A stretch of DNA of 64,000 nucleotides from an uncultured Armatimonadia bacterium. Lineage in GTDB: Bacteria > Armatimonadota > Zipacnadia > CAVVLO01. Location of the stretch: assembly GCA_963749155.1 (NCBI GenBank), contig CAVVLO010000002.1, forward strand, positions 768,001-832,000. The letters are read 5' to 3'. Below are positions 21,821 to 29,670 of the stretch, piece by piece (the first letter of the stretch is position 1; the number at the start of each line of letters is the position of its first letter). The notes below the pieces were generated by a model, which did not search any database, was not told the origin of the DNA, and saw nothing but the letters and a program-made list of their open reading frames with translations. The position numbers and the translations under genes were made by a program.

Positions 21821-23308
21821 ATGTCGAAAAATCTCTTACTCGGCCTGTTCTTGCTGGGCCTGGTACTGGGGGTGGGGGCCTTGAAGGCCACCGCTGAGCA
21901 CGTCGAGTCCCTTAGCGACTTCTCGATGGTCGGAGGATTGTCGCCCTGGGTAGAGCTAGGCCCAATGTTTCAGGGCACTGGCAACATCGCCGACTATGAT
22001 GTAACGGTGGAGAATGGCTATTATTTCCACGATGCCGGCTCGCCGTATCATTATCTCTTCTTCACAGCCCGCAATGTCGCGGTGAGCCCCATCACTTATC
22101 TGGTGGGTTATGCGCGGGCCGAGCAGCGCCTATGGGCCCTACAAGGCCGTCCGTCGGCTGACGAGAGCTCGAGGCCAACGGCGTATCGAGCCTCTCCAAC
22201 GTCTGCGTGACGAAGCAGGGCGATACCTATTGCATCTTCCACGACTCGGTGCTGGGCTATATCGGCGCGACGCCTGCGCTTATCCGCTACGCGACGACCA
22301 AGGATCTGGACGGTACCTGGCAGCCGCAGGGGGTGGCCTTCCCCCAGAACACACCCGGCCACTTCGATGACAACTATATGATAGACACGCGGGTGCTCTG
22401 GGACGGGAAGCAGTGGCGCCACTACTACACCAGCCCGCGCAATGTGTTCGACACCACGAGGGCCCAGGGTTGCTGCCTGTCGGACGACCTCGTGACCTGG
22501 CGGCGCTTCTCGGACACCCCGATTTTGGACTCCGACATCGAAGGACTGGCCATCTTCCCGTGGGGGGGAGAATGGCTGCTGATCGGCTGCGGGCCCTCCA
22601 ACACACCGGGGCCAGTACCCTTCCGCACGAAGGTCTACGCGAGCCCCGATGGCCTTACCGACTGGCGCCTGCTGCACACCGGCAACGACTGGTGGGGGCT
22701 GGAGGACCCCTGGCCTGGGACCTTCAACTTCAACCGGGACGAGCAGGGGCTGCCCTTCCTTATCTACTCGGAGACCGGCAAGGCGGCTGATGACCCTCAG
22801 CAGATGCTCTTGATGCTGCTCGCCACAGTGCCCGAGCCTGGCGCGGAGCTACTGGTGGCAAAGGCGCGGTTCGACTCCAGCAATCCGGCAATCTCGGACA
22901 CCGCCGAGGTGCTGCACGACTTCAAGGACGGGCGGGTGCGCTATTGGGCCAAATTCGATGAGGTCGGGCAGGGCAGATATGCGCAGGTGTTCGCGCGCAG
23001 GCCGGCGCTGCAGGATAAGCGCGGCGGCAACCGGGGCCTCAATTTCACAGTGACAGAGGGCCAAATGGCCATCGGCGATGCGGACAGCGTCTGGGCCAGC
23101 GCCCCGCTCGAAGTGCAGCCGAAGCGAGTGGCTGGGGCTGGAGCTGGAGTGCCGAGGTGACCAACTCACCTTCCGCGCGTATGACAACCGCTTCCTCGCC
23201 GTCCAGCAGGAAGTGACCGTCAGCAACGCCGAGTATGCAGCAGGCAGCCTCGCCCTTGCGGCGACGAACGCCCAGGTAGAATTCGCCCGGGTGGAGCTTT
23301 TCGACTAG
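21821..23308 (+). CDS. secreted beta-propeller hydrolase-like protein with C-terminal lectin-like domain (two frameshifts)
   Basis: GGAGG RBS, signal peptide; ORFs 21821-22210, 22207-23160 and 23078-23308 abut; 'SDDLVTW', 'SPDGLTDW' repeats. Confidence 0.55.
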
Positions 23309-25269
23309 ACCTCGTCGGTCACATCGCCCTGCAGTTGCGGTGGCCGTGGCCTGGTGGAAGGCCGGTGGCGTATGGCCCGCGTGGTGGGTGTCAGCCGGCG
23401 TTCAGGCAGCGGTACTGCGGACTCCAGGAGCTCAACAAGAGGCCTGCCCTCGCTTTGGGCGGGCGCCGGTAGCCCTGCCAGTGCCGCCAGCGTAGGCGCT
23501 ACATCGGTCGTGCAGAAGCGCGCCTGGTCGAGTTTGGGCACTCTGGTCGCCTTAACGCCCGGCCCAGCCAGCACCAGCGCGCCCAGCACCGAAGTCGTCT
23601 CGGTCTCGTAGGTGGGGATCATCGGCCCGTGGTTGCCGCCTCCGCTCGGGAAGACGACCCGCGACTCGCCCATCGCCAGCACCTCGGGCCCCGACCAGCG
23701 GTACCCACCGCTGTAGCAGAAGACAATATCGCCCAGATAGTCGCCCCACAGGCCGACCATCGGAGCGTCCTCGCGTAGCAATACGAAGGCGAAGACATGC
23801 TCGCCGGTGTCGGGGTCGCGCAGACTTTTCAACTCCTCGAGGAGGGTCTTCCGCAGCCCTTCGTATTCTTCCATCGGCACAAGACCGCCCTCATCGCGGC
23901 CTTGCAGGTTGATCCAAAGGTGGTTCTGCACGAAGAAGACCTGACTTGCCGCCCAATCCAGACTTTTTCCATCAGGGGTCGCTGTCACCCAGCCTTTTGG
24001 CAGGAAGGCGTTGACGAGTGAGACCGCGGCCTTGTTGCCCGGACTGCCGTGATCGGAGACAACTGCGAATACATCCTCTTCCAGATCGAACTGGGCGAGG
24101 AACTCTCCCACCAGGCGGTCGGCGGCCTGATAATAACCGCGAAGCAGTGCCCAGTTTGACTCGAGGTTAGCCTCATCCCAATCGTGGGCGGTAGGGTCGA
24201 TTGCGCCTGTGAGCGCATGGCCAGCAAAGTCGAGTGGATGCCAGTGCAGCACCAGGAGGCGCGCATCGGTCTCATCCATCGCAAGCCGGGCTGCCCGTGC
24301 CCACCAAGTCGCTTCCTGTGCCATCAGTTCATCTAGTGTGGCCCAATCGAGGCCGAAGTGGCGCTCCAGATGGCAACTTGAGGCTGAGTGGACGTAAGGG
24401 CCGACCCCGGTGTCCAGTAAACGGCCGACCTTCACATCCGAACAAAGGGCGCCAGGCTTCGGGAAGGCGTCGGTGCGGAAGAGCCTTATCCTACTGCCAT
24501 CGGAGGCGAGCTCCAGCAGCTTGAAGCGGAAGGCGCCCTCGACCTGCTGGCCTTCCAAAACGAATTCGCCTTTCAGCCAGTCGCTCCACTGTCCGACAAA
24601 AAGCTCCGCGATAACCGTGTCCAGGCGCTTTTCACGACAGAGGGTGATCCGGTCATAGCTGTCGCCCATGCCCCAGACCAGCAGGTGCAGCCTGGGGCCC
24701 TCTCCAGCCTCGGATGGCACAATCTCGACCTCGGCCTCAAGGGCGTTTGGCGAGGGCAACCTCCCCCAGCAAGTGGCAGGGGCAAGCTCAAGCGGATCGG
24801 TGGTGGCAAGCTCTGGGCAGTTGTGGTAGACCGTCGCCCCAGCCAGGTCAAAATAGGAACGCGATGGGCTGAATAACCAGTCGATGAAGACTGCCGAATC
24901 GGTCGTCGGCGGGTAGCCGGCGTAGTTCATCACCACACTGCGCGCGCCGGCGCGGGCCGCGGCCTCCCAGATATATTCAGCCCGGCACAGCCCCGAGTTG
25001 AAGGCCTCCTCGCGGTGGTATTCCGAGACCAACTCGCCCGGCAAGTGAGAGCCCCACTGTACGATGCCGTGCCCACCGGGCGTTGCGCCAGTGGCCAGTG
25101 TCGTCCAGTTGGTTGGCGTCTGGGCGGGGATGACAGGCCGGATGCGCGTGAAGCAGCCTCGCTCGGCAAGCCGCGCCAGGTTGGGCATCGCCCCCTCGGC
25201 GAAAAAGCGCTCCACCACATTGGGTACCATCCCGTCCAGTCCAATCATCAGCGTGCGGCGCGCGGCCAT
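23305..25269 (-). CDS. alkaline phosphatase superfamily, type I phosphodiesterase/nucleotide pyrophosphatase
   Basis: 'IGLDG', 'PAQTPTNWTTLATG..PG.HG', 'VVSDHG', 'INLQGR', 'GNHG', 'DVAPTLA'. Confidence 0.85.
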   Translation of the reverse strand: MAARRTLMIGLDGMVPNVVERFFAEGAMPNLARLAERGCFTRIRPVIPAQTPTNWTTLATGATPGGHGIVQWGSHLPGELVSEYHREEAFNSGLCRAEYIWEAAARAGARSVVMNYAGYPPTTDSAVFIDWLFSPSRSYFDLAGATVYHNCPELATTDPLELAPATCWGRLPSPNALEAEVEIVPSEAGEGPRLHLLVWGMGDSYDRITLCREKRLDTVIAELFVGQWSDWLKGEFVLEGQQVEGAFRFKLLELASDGSRIRLFRTDAFPKPGALCSDVKVGRLLDTGVGPYVHSASSCHLERHFGLDWATLDELMAQEATWWARAARLAMDETDARLLVLHWHPLDFAGHALTGAIDPTAHDWDEANLESNWALLRGYYQAADRLVGEFLAQFDLEEDVFAVVSDHGSPGNKAAVSLVNAFLPKGWVTATPDGKSLDWAASQVFFVQNHLWINLQGRDEGGLVPMEEYEGLRKTLLEELKSLRDPDTGEHVFAFVLLREDAPMVGLWGDYLGDIVFCYSGGYRWSGPEVLAMGESRVVFPSGGGNHGPMIPTYETETTSVLGALVLAGPGVKATRVPKLDQARFCTTDVAPTLAALAGLPAPAQSEGRPLVELLESAVPLPERRLTPTTRAIRHRPSTRPRPPQLQGDVTDEV

Positions 25270-25288
25270 ATCGCTCACCTCTGGAAGG

Positions 25289-25723
25289 TCACTTATCGAG
25301 TAACTCTGGCAGTTGCTCTACAAAGACTTTTATTTCATCCCTTACCCGGCGATAGTGGGCAAGGGCTTCTTCCTCGCTCGAGGCGCCTTCGGCCAGCTTA
25401 GGTGGATCATCAAAGCCAAAATGGCGGCGTTTCGTCTTGCCAGGGAAGAGCGGGCAGTTCTCCTCCGCGTTGCCGCAGACAGTCACTACATAGTCGAATT
25501 CCATGTCGGGCAGGTCGTCGATGGCTTTTGAAGTATGGCCGGAGATATCAATTCCAACCTCTGCCATTACCTTCACCGCGCGCGGGTCCACTCCTTTGGG
25601 TGTCAAACCTGCCGAGTAAACCTCGAACAGGTCACCTTTCAGCGCGAGAGTCCAGCCCTCGGCCATCTGGGAGCGACAGGAGTTGCCTGTGCAAAGAAAG
25701 AGCAGTGTCAGTTTGTCTGTCAT
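25289..25723 (-). CDS. arsC: thioredoxin-type arsenate reductase (LMW-PTP fold)
   Basis: P-loop 'CTGNSCRSQMAEG', 'VTVCGNAEENCP', 'FDDP'. Confidence 0.9.
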   Translation of the reverse strand: MTDKLTLLFLCTGNSCRSQMAEGWTLALKGDLFEVYSAGLTPKGVDPRAVKVMAEVGIDISGHTSKAIDDLPDMEFDYVVTVCGNAEENCPLFPGKTKRRHFGFDDPPKLAEGASSEEEALAHYRRVRDEIKVFVEQLPELLDK

Positions 25724-25887
25724 TACTAGTTACCTCGTCTTGAGTTTGATGACCTCGGACTACCTGGCCTGGCTCTACCGGAGCAGAAGGCTGGTTTGGT
25801 CACCTCATCAGTTTATCAAGGCGTTGTTAGCATACTGTTAAACTTGTCAAAAGGGCTTCCTGCTTGCCTTCAGAAGGCCTTTTTGCG

Positions 25888-25917
25888 TTGACCTATCAAA
25901 AAGAACACGAGTATAAT
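25888..25917 (+). promoter_or_regulatory. sigma70 promoter of the membrane pyrophosphatase gene
   Basis: TTGACC-N18-TATAAT; predicted start about 25923, at the first base of the structured leader. Confidence 0.7.
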
Positions 25918-25922
25918 GCCGA

Positions 25923-25998
25923 GGGTTTTGCTGGTCATCTGGCGGCCCGGTCAAAACGGTAACGATCCGGCGAGCGCAGGCGTCGCCGGTTCTCATTT
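25923..25998 (+). ncRNA. candidate Na+-sensing (DUF1646-type) riboswitch with overlapping intrinsic terminator
   Basis: 5' GGGTT, hairpin TTGCTGG/CTGGCGG, hairpin CCGGTC/GATCCGG with loop AAAACGGTAAC (AAC can pair with the 5' GTT); mutually exclusive terminator CCGGCGA..TCGCCGG-TTCTCATTT. Family assignment is from recalled architecture, not a search. Confidence 0.6.
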
Positions 25999-26017
25999 CA
26001 CTGGGAGTGTGGTATAG

Positions 26018-28318
26018 ATGCCCGAGCATGCAGCGCAGGTCGCGGCAGGCCAAGGTCATGCCGTCAATCTGCCCGACTTCACCTCAACGGAGACGACTAT
26101 CCTCTGGGTAGTGCTTTTCTCCGCCTTCGTTGCACTAGCGTATGGCCTTTACCTGGTTCGCAAGGTAATGAGCCAGTCTACTGGAACCCCCGAGATGGCT
26201 GAAGTGGCAGCAGCCATCCAGGAGGGCGCGGCAGCCTATCTGGCCAAGCAGTTCAAAGTGCTGCTGGTCTTTATTGTTGTCCTCTCTATCGGCCTCTATT
26301 TTATGTACAAGCCCGTCTATCCTGAACAGCCACTGCTTGCCATGGGCATTGCCATAGCCTTCGTCCTGGGCGTCCTGGCGAGCTTCGGCGCTGGCTATTT
26401 CGGTATGTGGCTTGCCGTAAGGGCTAATGTGCGCACTGCGGCCGCGGCCCTGACCAGCTACAAGCAAGCCCTCGAGACCGCCTTCAGCGCTGGCACAGTT
26501 TCGGGTATGTTCACCATCGGTTTCGGCCTGCTGGGTGCGACCATCATTTTCATGATTTTCCAGCAGGACGCAATGAAGGTCCTGGTTGGTTTCGGATTCG
26601 GAGGCTGCCTCGCCGCGCTGTTTATGCGTATCGGCGGAGGCATCTACACCAAAGCCGCTGACGTTGGCGCCGACCTGGTCGGTAAAGTCGAGGCCGGGAT
26701 CCCCGAGGACGACCCGCGCAACGCCGCTACCATCGCCGACAACGTAGGCGACAACGTAGGCGACTGCGCTGGTATGGCCGCTGACGTGTTCGAGAGCTAT
26801 GAGGTCACTCTGGTCGCCGCCATCATCCTGGGCGCTGGCGCAAGTGCAAGCCACGCGGTCACCCCCGAGATGGCTATGAAGCTCATTATGTATCCGCTGC
26901 TTGTCCGGGCAGTTGGCGTTTTCGCCTCCATCTTCGGCACCTGGTTCGTTAAGGCCAAGGACATCGGTGACGATGAGGAAATAGGCAATCCAATGAAGCC
27001 TATTCAAATCGGCTTCTGGGCTTCGGCGCTGGCCTCTGTTGTAGGTTTCGGTATCATCGGCTGGGTGTATCTCAAGCCAGCGGTAGAAGGCGACCTCGAC
27101 CTGCGGCTTCCAGTTTTCATTGCCACACTGACCGGTATCGTCCTGGCTATGGTGATAGAGCTGCTCACCGACCACTACACCGCTGTGGAGAAGGGCCCTG
27201 TTACCGAGATAGCCTATTCGGCCAAGACAGGCCCCGCGACCATCATCCTGACTGGCCTGGCTATCGGGATGGAGAGCAGCGTCTGGTCCATCCTGGCTAT
27301 TGGCGTAACAGTGCTGGTCTCTTGGATCGCCTTCCATGGCACCCTGGCGCTGGCCGCTTATGGTATAGCCTTGTCGGGTCTCGGCCTGCTGACAACTACA
27401 GGCTTCATCCTGGCGATGGACACCTTCGGGCCTATCTCGGATAACGCCAATGGCATCTTCGAGATGTCCGGAGCCGAGGTCACCAAGAACGAGCGGGCCA
27501 GCAAGATCGTCGCCCGGCTCGATGCGGTAGGCAATACGACCAAAGCTCTGACCAAAGGCTTCGCCATCGCTACCGCGGTCATCGCGGCGATCGCCTTGTA
27601 CCGTTCTTACGGAGAAGAAGCCAAACTCCTGGAAGGCATCAAGCTGGACGATCCCGCAGTGTTCATCGGGCTGCTGATAGGCGGCGCCATCCCAATGCTG
27701 GTAAGCGCCTTCCTGATCCGCGCAGTCAGCCGGTCGGCTTTCGCCATCATCCAGGAAGTGCGCCGGCAGTTCCGTGAGATCGCAGGGCTGATGGAAGGCA
27801 AGGCTCGGCCCGAGTATGACAAGTGTGTCGCACTCGTAACGGCGGCCGCGCAGAAGGAACTCGTGGCGCCCGCTATCGTGGCAATCGCCGCGCCTATCCT
27901 GACCGCCTTCGCCCTGGGCGCTGGCGCTCTGGGCGGCTTCCTTGGTGGGGCAATCCTGTCGGGTCAGTTGCTTGCGGTCTTTATGAGCAACACTGGAGGC
28001 GCCTGGGACAATGCCAAGAAGAAGATTGAAGATGGCTTCCTGGGCGGCAAAGGCACCGATGAACACAAAGCCGCGGTGGTAGGTGACACCGTCGGCGATC
28101 CGCTCAAGGACACCGCTGGCCCTGCCCTCAACCCACTGATCAAGGTTATGAACCTGGTGGCTATCCTGATTGCGCCACTGGTAATCAAGCCCGAGATCGC
28201 GGATAACAACATCCTGCGCGCCGTTGTGACTGGCGCGATGGTCATCGCCTTCGTCATAGCGGTGGCCTGGAGCGGACGCGGCTCGCTTGCTGAAGAGGCC
28301 GAGAAGGTCTCCCAGTAA
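26018..28318 (+). CDS. hppA: membrane-bound ion-translocating pyrophosphatase, K+-independent type
   Basis: 'GGGIYTKAADVGADLVGKVEAGIPEDDPRN', 'DNVGDNVGD', 'GNTTKA' (Lys = K+-independent), 'GGAWDNAKK', 'GDTVGDPLKDTAGP'. Confidence 0.96.
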   Translation: MPEHAAQVAAGQGHAVNLPDFTSTETTILWVVLFSAFVALAYGLYLVRKVMSQSTGTPEMAEVAAAIQEGAAAYLAKQFKVLLVFIVVLSIGLYFMYKPVYPEQPLLAMGIAIAFVLGVLASFGAGYFGMWLAVRANVRTAAAALTSYKQALETAFSAGTVSGMFTIGFGLLGATIIFMIFQQDAMKVLVGFGFGGCLAALFMRIGGGIYTKAADVGADLVGKVEAGIPEDDPRNAATIADNVGDNVGDCAGMAADVFESYEVTLVAAIILGAGASASHAVTPEMAMKLIMYPLLVRAVGVFASIFGTWFVKAKDIGDDEEIGNPMKPIQIGFWASALASVVGFGIIGWVYLKPAVEGDLDLRLPVFIATLTGIVLAMVIELLTDHYTAVEKGPVTEIAYSAKTGPATIILTGLAIGMESSVWSILAIGVTVLVSWIAFHGTLALAAYGIALSGLGLLTTTGFILAMDTFGPISDNANGIFEMSGAEVTKNERASKIVARLDAVGNTTKALTKGFAIATAVIAAIALYRSYGEEAKLLEGIKLDDPAVFIGLLIGGAIPMLVSAFLIRAVSRSAFAIIQEVRRQFREIAGLMEGKARPEYDKCVALVTAAAQKELVAPAIVAIAAPILTAFALGAGALGGFLGGAILSGQLLAVFMSNTGGAWDNAKKKIEDGFLGGKGTDEHKAAVVGDTVGDPLKDTAGPALNPLIKVMNLVAILIAPLVIKPEIADNNILRAVVTGAMVIAFVIAVAWSGRGSLAEEAEKVSQ

Positions 28319-28345
28319 GTACCTGCTGGCTTCATCAAGCAACTC

Positions 28346-28380
28346 AAAGCCCCTCGGCCAACTGGCCGGGGGGCTTTTTC
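28346..28380 (+). terminator. intrinsic terminator after hppA
   Basis: AAAGCCCCTCGGCCA-AC-TGGCCGGGGGGCTTTTT. Confidence 0.8.
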
Positions 28381-28409
28381 TGTTAAGTGAGAATCCTGAC
28401 TCAAAGGGG

Positions 28410-28444
28410 AGGGCGCCGGACTGGTATGCCCGGCGCCCTTTTTG
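28410..28444. terminator. second hairpin, probably terminating the convergent Met-rich gene
   Basis: GGGCGCCGG-N10-CCGGCGCCC-TTTTT. Confidence 0.6.
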
Positions 28445-28472
28445 CTCCCCAACTCCGCTTGCGGTGAAACTG

Positions 28473-29024
28473 TTACATAGGCATTGGCTGAGCCGGCTGA
28501 CCCTGTTGCTGGCGCCACTGCCTGAACTGACGCTGCTGACCATCCTGACCCATACCCATGCCCCCTTGGCCCATACCGCCCTGGCCCATTCCTGGGGCCA
28601 TTCCTGGACCCATCTGGCCTGGCATCATCATCGGCATCATCGGCATTGGCATCGGAGGCAACTCGACCTGATTCACAAGCTCGAGATTGCGAGCGTCGAA
28701 CTGGAACAGTGTATTGCCGCGCAGGATGTATACGAAGTCGTTGTTGACAGCGAGGGCAACTTGCCCACCCATCATTGGGCCCATCATCCCCATATTAGGG
28801 CCCATCATCATCCCGCCGCCCATCGGGCCCATGCCTTGCCCCATAGGCCCCTGGCCCATTGGACCTTGACCCATTGGCCCCATTGGCCCCATCGGACCTT
28901 GCTGCATTGGACCCATCTGGATAGGCTCCATCTGAACAGGCTCCATTACGACTTGAGCCCAGGCTCCGGCGGCGAGTGCCAGTGCAAGCGCCAGCACCGG
29001 AAGTACCAGGTAGTATCTTTTCAT
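28473..29024 (-). CDS. exported Met/Gly/Pro/Gln-rich low-complexity protein with a small central beta domain
   Basis: Signal peptide; GPM/GPMGQ/GMG repeats flanking 'ALAVNNDFVYILRGNTLFQFDARNLELVNQVELP'. Confidence 0.8.
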   Translation of the reverse strand: MKRYYLVLPVLALALALAAGAWAQVVMEPVQMEPIQMGPMQQGPMGPMGPMGQGPMGQGPMGQGMGPMGGGMMMGPNMGMMGPMMGGQVALAVNNDFVYILRGNTLFQFDARNLELVNQVELPPMPMPMMPMMMPGQMGPGMAPGMGQGGMGQGGMGMGQDGQQRQFRQWRQQQGQPAQPMPM

Positions 29025-29098
29025 CTTCTACACCCCTTTCCTTATTGAACTGCGTTTACTTCAGATGCGATTACGGCTCTCGCCGGCTTGTCAAATAC

Positions 29099-29134
29099 GG
29101 AGGGAGAGGGCCTTTTGTCGCGCCTTCTCCCTCC
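29099..29134 (-). terminator. hairpin downstream of the 29146-29547 gene
   Basis: GGAGGGAGAAGGC-N10-GCCCTCTCCCTCC then GTATTT on the minus strand. Confidence 0.5.
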
Positions 29135-29145
29135 GGTAAAACTTC

Positions 29146-29547
29146 CTAGTTCCAGGGCCATGGGAGGTCGCGATCGTCACCGCTACGGCGGTCGTCATCT
29201 TCAAGCGACCTTGGCTTATAGTTAGGCAGCGTACGGGCATCGATAAACTTGAGGCTCTTGGCGTCGAACTGATAAACCGAGCCAGCCCGTATCAGGTAAA
29301 GGTAGCGTTCGTTGGAAGTCGCTATGATGTTGCTGCTGTTCCAGCTGGAGGTAGCCGCATACCTTGTCATCCCATCGTCTCCGACCAAAGTCAGGCCAGG
29401 ATCGCCGGCGGTAAGCGCGGCCAGTGCGCTCATACCCTCAAGGTCCGCTTTGGCCGAGTGCTGGGCCTGAAACCTGCCCCCATACCAGGCTCCAACTGCT
29501 ACGAGAACTAGCAACACTACAAACACCGCTACGTTCTTCTTGCTCAT
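29146..29547 (-). CDS. membrane-anchored hypothetical protein, paralogue of 28473-29024
   Basis: N-terminal TM helix; 'IATSNERYLYLIRAGSVYQFDAKSLKFIDARTLP' aligns with the neighbour's central domain. Confidence 0.7.
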   Translation of the reverse strand: MSKKNVAVFVVLLVLVAVGAWYGGRFQAQHSAKADLEGMSALAALTAGDPGLTLVGDDGMTRYAATSSWNSSNIIATSNERYLYLIRAGSVYQFDAKSLKFIDARTLPNYKPRSLEDDDRRSGDDRDLPWPWN

Positions 29548-29670
29548 CCTGCTCAACCCCTTTAGCGCCGAAGCGCCTTGACCTGCATGAAGCTATATCT
29601 AGTAGACGGGCCAGCAAGTCAACAAGTTCAGTGACTTTTTTCTCGGTTCACCAGATAAGGATTGGCCAGG

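Noticed and set aside
22825..22845. 'VPEPG' suggesting a PEP-CTERM sorting signal
   Set aside because: Internal, not followed by a TM helix and basic tail; the protein continues into another domain
25735..25815. CTGATGA-containing leader upstream of arsC as a hammerhead ribozyme or fluoride riboswitch
   Set aside because: No GAAA core with the required stems, and no fluoride-riboswitch P1/pseudoknot pairing could be built
26738..26764. Exact 12-nt tandem repeat GACAACGTAGGC
   Set aside because: Encodes the conserved DNVGDNVGD motif of membrane pyrophosphatases
26135..28543. 802-aa antisense ORF over hppA (and similar long antisense ORFs at 41132-42643 and 43063-44610)
   Set aside because: Shadow ORFs expected from high-GC codon bias opposite well-conserved genes; no recognisable motifs
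28540..28950. Short tandem repeats resembling a CRISPR or VNTR array
   Set aside because: Degenerate 9-15 nt codon repeats encoding GPM/GMGQ; no constant repeat with unique spacers and no cas genes
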